Source: Candidatus Saccharimonadota bacterium
Lineage (GTDB): Bacteria; Patescibacteriota; Microgenomatia; UBA1406; GWC2-37-13
Direction of reading: 5' to 3'
Length of the DNA: 32,000 nucleotides
NCBI GenBank assembly: GCA_016432445.1
Contig: CP066689.1
Span: forward strand, 600,001-632,000
Part shown: piece by piece, positions 15,972-23,859 of the stretch
Position numbering within the stretch: the stretch's first letter is position 1
Layout: the number at the start of each line of letters is the position of its first letter
Translations under genes and position numbers: made by a program
The notes under the pieces: model-generated
Database searches by the model: none
What the model saw: the letters and a program-made list of their open reading frames with translations, nothing else
What the model was told of the DNA's origin: nothing

Positions 15972-17285
15972 ATGAATGAGACTAATAATGCTGTTTGCTA
16001 CAAGCTTAGTAAAAGCGAATTAACTAAATTACCAGCTACGACTGGCGTTTATATTTTTAGAAACAGGAAAGAGATTCTCTACATAGGAAAATCAATAAAT
16101 CTTAAAGCTAGAGCTTTATCACATTGGGAAAACTCAAAAATTGATAACAAAGAAGCAGCAATCATTCAAAACTCAAAGTGGCTAGAAACTCAGATTACAG
16201 ATTCAGAGTTTATGGCTTTGATATTAGAATCAAGACTTATTCAAAAATATAAACCTAAATATAACGCCCGCTGGAGAGATGACAAAAGCTATCTCTACAT
16301 TAAAATAAACACTAAAACAGATTATCCTAAAATATTATCATCAAGAAAAGAGTTTGATGGAAAATCGAAATATTTTGGTCCTTTTTCATCTGTAAAAAAT
16401 GTCTTTAAAATATTAAAGGAGGTGAGACGCGTTTTTCCATTTTGCTCACAAAAAAATATAACTAAAAAACAATGTTTTTATTCAAAAATACATCTATGCA
16501 GTCCCTGTCCCAACGAGATAGAACAAGTTATAGACTTAGTTTTAAAAAGAAATCTTAAATTAGTCTATAGAAGAAATATATACAGCATAATCAAAGTCTT
16601 GGAAGGAAAAACAGAACCTATTTTAAATCAGCTTTATAAGAATTTAAAAAAACTGTCGGAAGAAGAAAAGTATGAGGAAGCTTTAATAACGAGAGATAGA
16701 ATCATGCACCTGGAAACATTGCTTCATAAAAGACTATTTTCAGCAGATACAGCATTAAGTTATAATCTCAGTACTCAAAGTACAGAAAGTTTGATTAAAC
16801 TACTAAGTAGATTTTTTTCCAATTTACAGGATTTGAAACGGATAGAGTGCATAGACATCAGTAATTTTGCCTTAAAGCAAGCTACGGCTTCGCTAGTAGT
16901 TTTCACAGAAGGTTTAATGGATAAGAATGAGTATAGGCGTTTTAAGATAAAAGACTTAACTCTCAAATCGGATTTTGAGATGATGAAAGAAGTTCTTGAA
17001 CGGCGCTTTAGACAAAACTGGCCTTTTCCTGATTTGCTTGTTACTGATGGAGGAAAACCGCAGGTGAAAACTGCACTTAAAGTAACAGCTGATTTAAATA
17101 TTAAAGTTCCAATAATCGGTATTGCTAAACATCCCGACAGATTGGTTATTGGCAACAACAGCCTTGAGACGGTAAAACCTGATATTCATCATTTAGGTTT
17201 TAATTTAGTAAGAGCTATAAGGGATGAATCACACCGCTTTGCCAGGAAATATCATATATTTCTGAGAGATAAAAAAATAGTATAA
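15972..17285 (+). CDS. uvrC: excinuclease ABC subunit C, short form lacking the C-terminal (HhH)2 domain
   Basis: GIY-YIG (GVYIF..ILYIGKS.NL..R), a Cys-rich segment, a UVR domain (EEKYEEALITRDRI) and an endonuclease domain ending ...RDESHRFARKYH. It has 437 aa against about 600 in E. coli. Confidence 0.9.
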   Translation: MNETNNAVCYKLSKSELTKLPATTGVYIFRNRKEILYIGKSINLKARALSHWENSKIDNKEAAIIQNSKWLETQITDSEFMALILESRLIQKYKPKYNARWRDDKSYLYIKINTKTDYPKILSSRKEFDGKSKYFGPFSSVKNVFKILKEVRRVFPFCSQKNITKKQCFYSKIHLCSPCPNEIEQVIDLVLKRNLKLVYRRNIYSIIKVLEGKTEPILNQLYKNLKKLSEEEKYEEALITRDRIMHLETLLHKRLFSADTALSYNLSTQSTESLIKLLSRFFSNLQDLKRIECIDISNFALKQATASLVVFTEGLMDKNEYRRFKIKDLTLKSDFEMMKEVLERRFRQNWPFPDLLVTDGGKPQVKTALKVTADLNIKVPIIGIAKHPDRLVIGNNSLETVKPDIHHLGFNLVRAIRDESHRFARKYHIFLRDKKIV

Positions 17286-17322
17286 CGGTTATAATAGTTA
17301 TGACCATTATAAAAATAATAAT

Positions 17323-17721
17323 ATGAAAAGACTGTTGAGGATGTTTATATTTTCTGCTTTTGCTTTGTATATTACTTCCTTGTGGAATGAGGGCTTTATC
17401 ATTAAGTTTGAGATTTATTCTTTGTTGGTACTTATATTAGCAATAGTTTTACTATACTATATTGTTAAGCCGTTAACTAAAATTATTCTTTTTCCGTTAA
17501 ATATATTAACCTTTGGTTTGGTTTCACTTGCCGTTTATTGTTTTCTTTTTTATATTATTGCTTCTCAGTCTTCGGTAATTATAATAAACAGCTGGATTTT
17601 CCATGGCGGTTCTTATCTAGGAGTAAACTTGGCAAAAATGAATATTTCATATGTACAAAATATAGTTTTGTCTTCTTTATCAGTATCGTTTATAATAAGC
17701 TTGCTGGAAAAAATACTTTAA
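17323..17721 (+). CDS. four-TM membrane protein, YvlD/phage-holin-4-like
   Basis: The pattern ...IVKPLTKIILFPLNILTFGLVSLAVYCFLFYI... resembles the PF04020-type family, recalled by eye. Confidence 0.45.
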   Translation: MKRLLRMFIFSAFALYITSLWNEGFIIKFEIYSLLVLILAIVLLYYIVKPLTKIILFPLNILTFGLVSLAVYCFLFYIIASQSSVIIINSWIFHGGSYLGVNLAKMNISYVQNIVLSSLSVSFIISLLEKIL

Positions 17722-17725
17722 TACT

Positions 17726-17947
17726 ATGAAAACATTTTTATTATTATCAAATATCGTTATTGCCATAACTGTTATTGTTCTTGTTCTTATTCAAGGTAGA
17801 GGAGCAGGATTGGGTAGTGCTTGGGGAGGTGGAGGAGAATTTTTTCAAACAAGAAGGGGTATTGAGAAAATCACTTTGCGTTTAACTATATTTTTTATTA
17901 TTTTGTTTTTTATCATCTCTTTATTAAATTTATTTATAAGTAGATGA
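17726..17947 (+). CDS. secG: preprotein translocase subunit SecG
   Basis: 73 aa with two TM helices and the LIQGRGAGLGSAWGGG motif typical of SecG. Confidence 0.8.
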   Translation: MKTFLLLSNIVIAITVIVLVLIQGRGAGLGSAWGGGGEFFQTRRGIEKITLRLTIFFIILFFIISLLNLFISR

Positions 17948-19308
17948 TTGTTAAGCAAAAAACGCTTCGTTACTACTATTGGGTTGCTGTAGAATTTGCC
18001 AAAAAACACCTTAAGTTGATTGTTGTGAGTTTCTTTCTAAGTATAGTTGCAATTGTCAGTTTTATATCTTTTTCTCCATATATTATAAATTTTGCTACTG
18101 CAAAAAATGAAATTATAGGTGTGGTGGGAACAGGTCAAATTAATAATTTACCTGATTTTATTCTTTCGAAGATATCGAATGGCTTAATTTTTATAAATGA
18201 GAAAGGACAAATAATTTCAGTTTTAGTAGAGAAATGGGATCAAAGCAAAGACGGTAAAACTTATCACTTTTATCTTAAAAAAAATATTTATTGGAATGAT
18301 GGAAGTCTTTTTACAGCCAAAGGCATTAATTACGATTTCAAAGATGTAGAAATGAAAATTATTAACGATTATGAGATAGAGTTTCAACTTAAAAAACCGC
18401 TTCCGATATTTCCCACTTACCTAACGAAACCGCTTATTAAATATCCTTTCGTCGGAGTTGCAGGTCTTTACAAAGTTGACAGTTTTAAGTCGCAATATGG
18501 GAATTTAAAAGAGATCTACTTGAGTCCTAATAAGAGTAATTTTCCTTATTTAGTCTATAAGTTTTATGAGAACGAAACGAAAACTATAAATGCCTATAAA
18601 CTAGGGGAAGTTACACAAATAGAGGTAACTAGACAGTCGGTTTTGGATTACTTTGCAAGCTGGAAAAATACAGTTATTGACAAAAACGTTGATTATACGC
18701 GTTTGATGACTTTATTTTTTAACATGAACAGTGATTACTTAAAGCAAAAAGATATCAGAAAGGCGATTATAAGCGCTATTTCAAAAAAACAGTTTAAAGA
18801 TGAAGGAGTTGAGTCTATTGGTCCTATCCCGCCAATATCATGGGCATACAATCTAAATCTTAAAAAAACAGGTTTTGATCCAGAAATGTCAGATAAGATT
18901 CTAAATAAAAGCATGGAAAGCAGTAAATCAGCTACTTTACAAATTGCGACATACTACGATTATTTATATATAGCTGAAGCCATTAAATCTGATTTAGAGA
19001 AAGTCGGATTAAACATTAAAATTAATACTTTATCTTATAATCAGCCATCTTCATTCGATATGCTTTTAGCATATTGGAAAGTGCCTCTTGATCCAGATCA
19101 GTATTACTTTTGGCACTCAACTCAGAAACAGGGCAACATAGCAAATTACAATAATATTAAGATAGATAAATTACTTGAGGATGGCCGGAGTGTAACTTCA
19201 GTTGAAGAAAGAAAAAAAATTTACTTTGATTTTCAGAGAACTATTCTTGATGATGCTCCTGCTTATTTTATCTTCTACCCCTATATTTACACCATCCGAC
19301 GGAAGTGA
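17944..19308 (+). CDS. ABC-transporter family-5 (peptide/nickel type) solute-binding-like protein with an N-terminal TM anchor
   Basis: C-terminal ...YYFWHS...NYNN.KIDKLLEDGR....ERKKIY.DFQ..ILDDAP..FI.YP, typical of SBP_bac_5. Confidence 0.65.
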   Translation: MIVKQKTLRYYYWVAVEFAKKHLKLIVVSFFLSIVAIVSFISFSPYIINFATAKNEIIGVVGTGQINNLPDFILSKISNGLIFINEKGQIISVLVEKWDQSKDGKTYHFYLKKNIYWNDGSLFTAKGINYDFKDVEMKIINDYEIEFQLKKPLPIFPTYLTKPLIKYPFVGVAGLYKVDSFKSQYGNLKEIYLSPNKSNFPYLVYKFYENETKTINAYKLGEVTQIEVTRQSVLDYFASWKNTVIDKNVDYTRLMTLFFNMNSDYLKQKDIRKAIISAISKKQFKDEGVESIGPIPPISWAYNLNLKKTGFDPEMSDKILNKSMESSKSATLQIATYYDYLYIAEAIKSDLEKVGLNIKINTLSYNQPSSFDMLLAYWKVPLDPDQYYFWHSTQKQGNIANYNNIKIDKLLEDGRSVTSVEERKKIYFDFQRTILDDAPAYFIFYPYIYTIRRK

Positions 19309-19414
19309 TATAATCTATAATTAGATCTTCGATCTTAGATATTGGATCTTAGATAATAAAAACGAACCTAATCTAACATCTAACATCTAATATCTAAGAA
19401 CTAAGATCTAAAAT
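19306..19414 (+). promoter_or_regulatory. promoter (TGaTATAAT) plus a ~100-nt leader with GATCTTAGAT repeats upstream of tRNA-Leu(UAA)
   Basis: The 15-mer TGATATAATCTATAA starts at the TGA stop of the upstream gene. An inverted homologue lies at 22058..22172. Confidence 0.5.
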
Positions 19415-19497
19415 GCGGGGGTGGCGGAATGGCAGACGCACAAGACTTAAAATCTTGCGATGACAACATCGTGAGGGTTCGACTCCCTCTCCCCGCA
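19415..19497 (+). tRNA. tRNA-Leu (anticodon UAA)
   Basis: Cloverleaf read by hand: 7-bp acceptor stem, anticodon loop CTTAAAA, long variable arm, T-loop GGTTCGACTCC. No CCA is encoded. Confidence 0.9.
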
Positions 19498-19502
19498 CTT
19501 AA

Positions 19503-19577
19503 GCCGACTTAGCTCAGTGGTAGAGCAACTGTTTTGTAAACAGTAGGTCGTCGGTTCAAATCCGACAGTCGGCTCCA
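19503..19577 (+). tRNA. tRNA-Thr (anticodon UGU), CCA encoded
   Basis: GCCGACT acceptor stem, D-arm GCTCAGTGGTAGAGC, anticodon loop TTTGTAA, T-loop GGTTCAAATCC. Confidence 0.9.
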
Positions 19578-19699
19578 CTCTTCGCCAGGCACAGTATTGT
19601 ACCTGGCTACGAAGTGGCACAGCCACTAGATATTAGAGTAACAGTAAGTTACTTCTAAGAAGAGTGTCCCTAACGAAGCCGATAGGTGAAGTGGGACCT
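19578..19699 (+). ncRNA. structured 122-nt inter-tRNA spacer (multi-hairpin; function unknown)
   Basis: A closing stem cactcttc (19576-83) / gaagagtg (19659-66) encloses three hairpins at 19585-19606, 19614-19626 and 19635-19656. Confidence 0.35.
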
Positions 19700-19771
19700 G
19701 ACCCTATAGTTCAACGGATAGAATAAATCCCTTCTAAGGATTAGATGACAGTTCGATTCTGTCTGGGGTCA
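19700..19771 (+). tRNA. tRNA-Arg (anticodon UCU)
   Basis: Acceptor stem GACCCTA/TGGGGTC, anticodon stem-loop AATCC-CTTCTAA-GGATT, T-arm GACAG-TTCGATT-CTGTC. Confidence 0.8.
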
Positions 19772-19772
19772 C

Positions 19773-21257
19773 ATGAAAATTCTTTTTGTTTATCCTAAAT
19801 ATCCGGATACGTTTTGGAGTTTTAAGCATATTCTTCATTTCATCTCCAAAAAAGCGGCTTTTCCTCCCCTGGGATTACTAACCGTCGCGGCTATGCTACC
19901 TGAGAAATGGAAAAAGAAGCTTGTCGATCTTAACGTAACTGAATTAACGGATAAAGATATTAAATGGGCTGATATGGTATTGATCGGAGCAATGATTGTT
20001 CAAAAAGACAGCGCTAGGGAAGTTATTGCCCGGTGCAAAAAATTGAAGAAAAAGGTTGTTGCTGGAGGCCCATTATTTGTCACGGAATATCGAAAATATA
20101 AAGGGGTTGACACCTTTGTGCTTAATGAGGCTGAAGTAACCCTACCTCCCTTTCTTAGTGATCTAAAAAAGGGAAGGACAAAACATGTGTATAGTTCTAA
20201 TGTTAAACCTGATATAAGTAAAACTCCTCGTCCCTTATGGTCACTAATTAATATTAAAGATTACGCCTCATTGGCTATTCAATATTCGCGGGGCTGCCCT
20301 TTTAACTGTGAGTTTTGCGATATCGTTTTCTTAAACGGCAGAATTCCACGGACTAAAACACCTTCTCAAATGTTAGCGGAACTTGATTCACTTTATAATT
20401 ACGGATGGAGAGGTACGCTTTTTATTGTTGATGATAACTTTATTGGCAACCAAAAAAATGTTAAGAATATGCTTCCTCATCTTATAGAATGGCAAAAAAA
20501 ACATAACTATCCCTTTCAGCTGCTTACTGAGGCAAGTACTAATCTTGCCTCGGACAAAGAACTAATGACACTTATGTCTGAGGCTAATTTTAATAAGGTT
20601 TTCTTAGGTATAGAAACACCAAACATTGAAAGCCTAAAAGAATGTGGTAAGTTTCAGAATGTTGCTAAAGATCTTTCACAAGCAATCAAAACAATCCACC
20701 AAAATGGCATGCAGGTTATGGGAGGATTTATAGTCGGATTTGATAACGATACAGATAATATATTTGATAATCAGATTAAGTTTATCCAGGAAACTGGTGT
20801 AGTAACGGCCATGGTAGGAATGTTAAATGTAATTCCTCAGACTAGACTTTGGCACCGACTAAAATCTGAAGGCCGGCTGCTAAATGAAGTTATTGGAGAA
20901 AACACTAATACTACACTTAACTTTGTGCCAAAAATGAACAAAAAAAAATTAGTAGAAGGTTATAAAAAAATTATTAATTTTATTTATTCAACAAAAAATT
21001 ATTACAAGCGTATTAATACTCTTCTTGAACATTACCAACCTAAGGCTAGAACGCGCTTTAACTTTGAACAAATTAAAGGTTTTATAAAAAGTACATGGCG
21101 GATAGGATTATTTTCAAGATCAAATATATTTTACTGGAAGCTTTTGTTTAAAACTTTATTTACTAATACTAAAGCCTTCCCGACAGCTGTTGAACTGGCT
21201 ATTTACGAGTTACACTACCGAAAAATTGCCAATAGAATTCTTAGTAGTTCCTCCTAA
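19773..21257 (+). CDS. B12-binding-domain radical SAM protein (class B, DUF4070-type C-terminus)
   Basis: CPFNCEFC (CxxxCxxC) cluster after an N-terminal Rossmann-like B12-binding region (MKILFVYP...LGLLTVAAML). 494 aa. Confidence 0.85.
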   Translation: MKILFVYPKYPDTFWSFKHILHFISKKAAFPPLGLLTVAAMLPEKWKKKLVDLNVTELTDKDIKWADMVLIGAMIVQKDSAREVIARCKKLKKKVVAGGPLFVTEYRKYKGVDTFVLNEAEVTLPPFLSDLKKGRTKHVYSSNVKPDISKTPRPLWSLINIKDYASLAIQYSRGCPFNCEFCDIVFLNGRIPRTKTPSQMLAELDSLYNYGWRGTLFIVDDNFIGNQKNVKNMLPHLIEWQKKHNYPFQLLTEASTNLASDKELMTLMSEANFNKVFLGIETPNIESLKECGKFQNVAKDLSQAIKTIHQNGMQVMGGFIVGFDNDTDNIFDNQIKFIQETGVVTAMVGMLNVIPQTRLWHRLKSEGRLLNEVIGENTNTTLNFVPKMNKKKLVEGYKKIINFIYSTKNYYKRINTLLEHYQPKARTRFNFEQIKGFIKSTWRIGLFSRSNIFYWKLLFKTLFTNTKAFPTAVELAIYELHYRKIANRILSSSS

Positions 21258-21287
21258 AAACAAATGGCCAATAGGCCATTTGTTTTT
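21256..21287. terminator. intrinsic terminator (14-bp stem, symmetric A/T runs)
   Basis: aaaaacaaatggcc-aata-ggccatttgttttt, immediately after the radical SAM stop codon. Confidence 0.8.
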
Positions 21288-21538
21288 ACGCTCCGGGATT
21301 AGCATTTTTTAATAAGTCATTCCTCTGCTTCTTTTTGATTTCCTTTGTTTTTTTGCAGCCATTTTGCATCACCTCCAATAAACAACTTGTAACGCATAAT
21401 AAAAAATATTAACAATAAAGTTATAAACAGAGTACATTTGTGATGTAAGAAATCAACAATAATTATGTTATAAATGTGTAATAAACAATGAAATTAAACT
21501 TACGTTATAATATCATTCAATAAACTAAACAAATTAAT

Positions 21539-21958
21539 ATGGTAATTAATCCAGTCATAATCGGCGTCGTAAAAAAGTCAAATAAATATCTGCTTACCAA
21601 AAGAATTCACCGGCACAAGAAATATCATGAAAAATGGCAGTTTCCAGGCGGAGGATTAAATTACGGTGAGACAATTGTAGAGTGTTTGTTAAGAGAGATG
21701 AAAGAAGAAACGAACCTCAATGTGAAACCAATGCAGTTAATACCTAAAATTATTGATTTAATTCGAGGTAAGTGGCATGGTCTTCTAATTCCGTATCTTT
21801 GTACAGTAACATGCGAAGATCAGCAAATAATTATTGATTCAGAAGCATCAGCATACGGATGGTTTACTCATGAAGAAATAAAGTCACTGGATGTTATGCC
21901 ATATACTGTTGAGTTTGTTAACGAAGCGAATAAAATTAATTCCTTATCTGACTCCTGA
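21539..21958 (+). CDS. NUDIX hydrolase
   Basis: Nudix box GGGLNYGETIVECLLREMKEETNL (GX5EX7REUXEEXGU). Confidence 0.88.
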   Translation: MVINPVIIGVVKKSNKYLLTKRIHRHKKYHEKWQFPGGGLNYGETIVECLLREMKEETNLNVKPMQLIPKIIDLIRGKWHGLLIPYLCTVTCEDQQIIIDSEASAYGWFTHEEIKSLDVMPYTVEFVNEANKINSLSDS

Positions 21959-21973
21959 AGAGTCATCACAGGG

Positions 21974-22057
21974 TGTCGGAGAGAGGACTTGAACCTCCAC
22001 AGCCTTGCGGCCACAGGCCCCTCAAGCCTGCGCGTCTGCCAATTCCGCCACTCCGAC
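21974..22057 (-). tRNA. tRNA-Leu (anticodon GAG)
   Basis: Reverse complement GTCGGAG...CTCCGACA, with anticodon loop TTGAGGG, a long variable arm and T-loop GGTTCAAGTCC. Confidence 0.9.
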
Positions 22058-22172
22058 TATATTGATCTGATCTTAGATGTTAGTTCTTGGATCTTTAATT
22101 AAACTGAGAAACAATATCGAGTATCTAAGATCAAAGATCTCAGATCTAAGATCCAGTTTATAGATTATATCA
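22058..22172 (-). promoter_or_regulatory. promoter (TGaTATAAT) plus a ~100-nt leader with GATCTTAGAT repeats upstream of tRNA-Leu(GAG)
   Basis: The reverse complement of 22158-22172 is TGATATAATCTATAA, and its TGA is the ruvB stop codon. The leader shares GATCTTAGAT x2 and AAGAACTAA.ATCTAA with 19321-19414. Confidence 0.5.
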
Positions 22173-23153
22173 AATTAGAGCTTGTTGCTCCAACTTAATT
22201 TTAAGGTGATCGAAGGCTTTTTTCGTCAAGACCCTGCCTCTTGGAGTTTTTTTAATAAATCCTATCTGCAAAAGATAAGGTTCGATAAACTCCTCTATAG
22301 TTCTTCTGTCTTCTGAGAGCGATGAAGCGATTGTCTCAACGCCTATTGGATTATTTTGAAATTTTTCTCCTAAAAGATTTAAATATTTAAGATCAACATC
22401 AGTTAAGCCCGCATGATCAATTCCTAAAAGCTTAAATAATTTATCAAGCAGGTTTTCATCAATTACATCATGTTCATGAACTTCAAAAACATCTCTGGCC
22501 CTCTTAAGGATTCTGTTGGCTATACGAGGAGTTTTTCTGGCTCTTTTAGCAATTTCCTCTGCCGCTTTTTTTGTAATTGGAAGATTCAATAGATTGCTGG
22601 AGCGGCTTACTATCCTAACCATTTCACTTTCATTATAATAATCGAGCCTCATTAGCAGTCCAAAGCGGTCTCTTAAAGGAGCGGATAGCAATGCTAGTCT
22701 GGTAGTGGCGCCAATAATTGTAATTTTTGGGATAGGTAAACGTACGGTTCTTGCTGATGGTCCTTTTCCAATAATAATATCTAGGTTGTACTCCTCCATT
22801 ACAGGATAAAGCATTTCTTCAACAGTCTTTGGTATGCGGTGGATTTCATCTATGAAAAGGATATCGTTGTCCTTTAAATTAGTTAATATAGCTGCCAAAT
22901 CGCCGCTTCGTTCAATGGCAGCGCCTGAAGTTACTTTTATTTCACCCGATAACTCATGAGCGATAACGTGAGCTAATGTGGTTTTTCCTATACCTGGCGG
23001 ACCGTAAAAAAGTACATGCTCAGACGCAAAACCTCTTTTTTTTACAGCTTCTATAAACAGTTTTAGAGTTTCAGTAACTTGGTTTTGTCCTAAGTAATCA
23101 GTTAGTTTTGTAGGCCTTAGGTTGTTTCTATCCGAAGCAGAGACTTCATTCAT
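22170..23153 (-). CDS. ruvB: Holliday junction branch migration ATPase RuvB
   Basis: LRP..L.DYLGQ, Walker A GPPGIGKTTLA, DEIHR, and a winged-helix C-terminus. Confidence 0.96.
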   Translation of the reverse strand: MNEVSASDRNNLRPTKLTDYLGQNQVTETLKLFIEAVKKRGFASEHVLFYGPPGIGKTTLAHVIAHELSGEIKVTSGAAIERSGDLAAILTNLKDNDILFIDEIHRIPKTVEEMLYPVMEEYNLDIIIGKGPSARTVRLPIPKITIIGATTRLALLSAPLRDRFGLLMRLDYYNESEMVRIVSRSSNLLNLPITKKAAEEIAKRARKTPRIANRILKRARDVFEVHEHDVIDENLLDKLFKLLGIDHAGLTDVDLKYLNLLGEKFQNNPIGVETIASSLSEDRRTIEEFIEPYLLQIGFIKKTPRGRVLTKKAFDHLKIKLEQQALI

Positions 23154-23160
23154 GTGCTAT

Positions 23161-23166
23161 ATTATA
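23161..23166 (-). promoter_or_regulatory. -10 box TATAAT 7 nt upstream of the ruvB ATG, containing the ruvA stop codon
   Basis: The minus strand reads aaggTATAAT-atagcac-ATG. The TAA of ruvA lies at 23164..23162. Confidence 0.4.
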
Positions 23167-23749
23167 CCTTTTTTTGGGGATTTGTGGCTAGTTTTATTCC
23201 TGTTTTAATTTTTTCTTCAAGACTTAAATCTTTGGGGATCTGGAATAAAATCTGTTTAGCTTCGCTACTTCTGAAGCCTAAAGAAATCAGTGCCTCAACA
23301 ACGGTCTTTTCTTCATCTGTCAGATACATTTTTTCCAGTTTAAATTCTTGGTCAAGTTTTCCAGAAAGTTCAAGAAGTATTTTCATGGCGGTTTTCTTAC
23401 CCAATCCAGGAATCTTTGAAAAAAAATCGACATCATTGTTTTTGACTGCCTGAAATAATTCATCTACTTTAATATGTGAAATTATAGCGAAGGCTGTTTT
23501 AGGTCCAACACCTGGAACTGATAGTAAAAGCTTAAATATATTATGTTCGTTTTTATTTTGGAAACCAAAAAGAATCTGGGCATCATCGCGTACTTGAAGG
23601 TAAGTATAAATTTCAATTGACTCTCCTGGTGAAATTGCGGGAAGCAAAGAAGATGGCAGAAAGACTTCATAAAATGTACCACCGGCTGTTTCAATTAAGC
23701 CAATATTTTCTTCGATTTCAGAAAGTTTGCCTTTTATTTTACCGATCAT
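23162..23749 (-). CDS. ruvA: Holliday junction DNA helicase subunit RuvA
   Basis: MIGKIKGKL...YEVF N-terminal OB fold, HhH motifs (LLSVPGVGPKTA, IPGLGKKTA) and a C-terminal domain III. Confidence 0.93.
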   Translation of the reverse strand: MIGKIKGKLSEIEENIGLIETAGGTFYEVFLPSSLLPAISPGESIEIYTYLQVRDDAQILFGFQNKNEHNIFKLLLSVPGVGPKTAFAIISHIKVDELFQAVKNNDVDFFSKIPGLGKKTAMKILLELSGKLDQEFKLEKMYLTDEEKTVVEALISLGFRSSEAKQILFQIPKDLSLEEKIKTGIKLATNPQKKV

Positions 23750-23859
23750 TTGATAGTAATGATAACATTCATAGATTCACGATTCAAGATTTATGATTCA
23801 AGAATGAAGCATTAAATATATTTACCTCGTGAATCCTGAATCATGAGTCGTCAATCGCA

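Noticed and set aside
19321-19414. GATCTTAGAT / atctaa repeat arrays (also 22058-22157) as a CRISPR array
   Set aside because: The units are about 10 nt, irregularly spaced and degenerate. There is no 25-40-nt repeat/spacer periodicity and no cas genes in the window.
19578-19699. The inter-tRNA spacer as a fourth tRNA or an intron-containing tRNA
   Set aside because: It is cloverleaf-like, but its 9-bp and 5-bp arms carry 6-, 3- and 5-nt loops. It has no conserved D- or T-loop sequences and no 7-nt anticodon loop.
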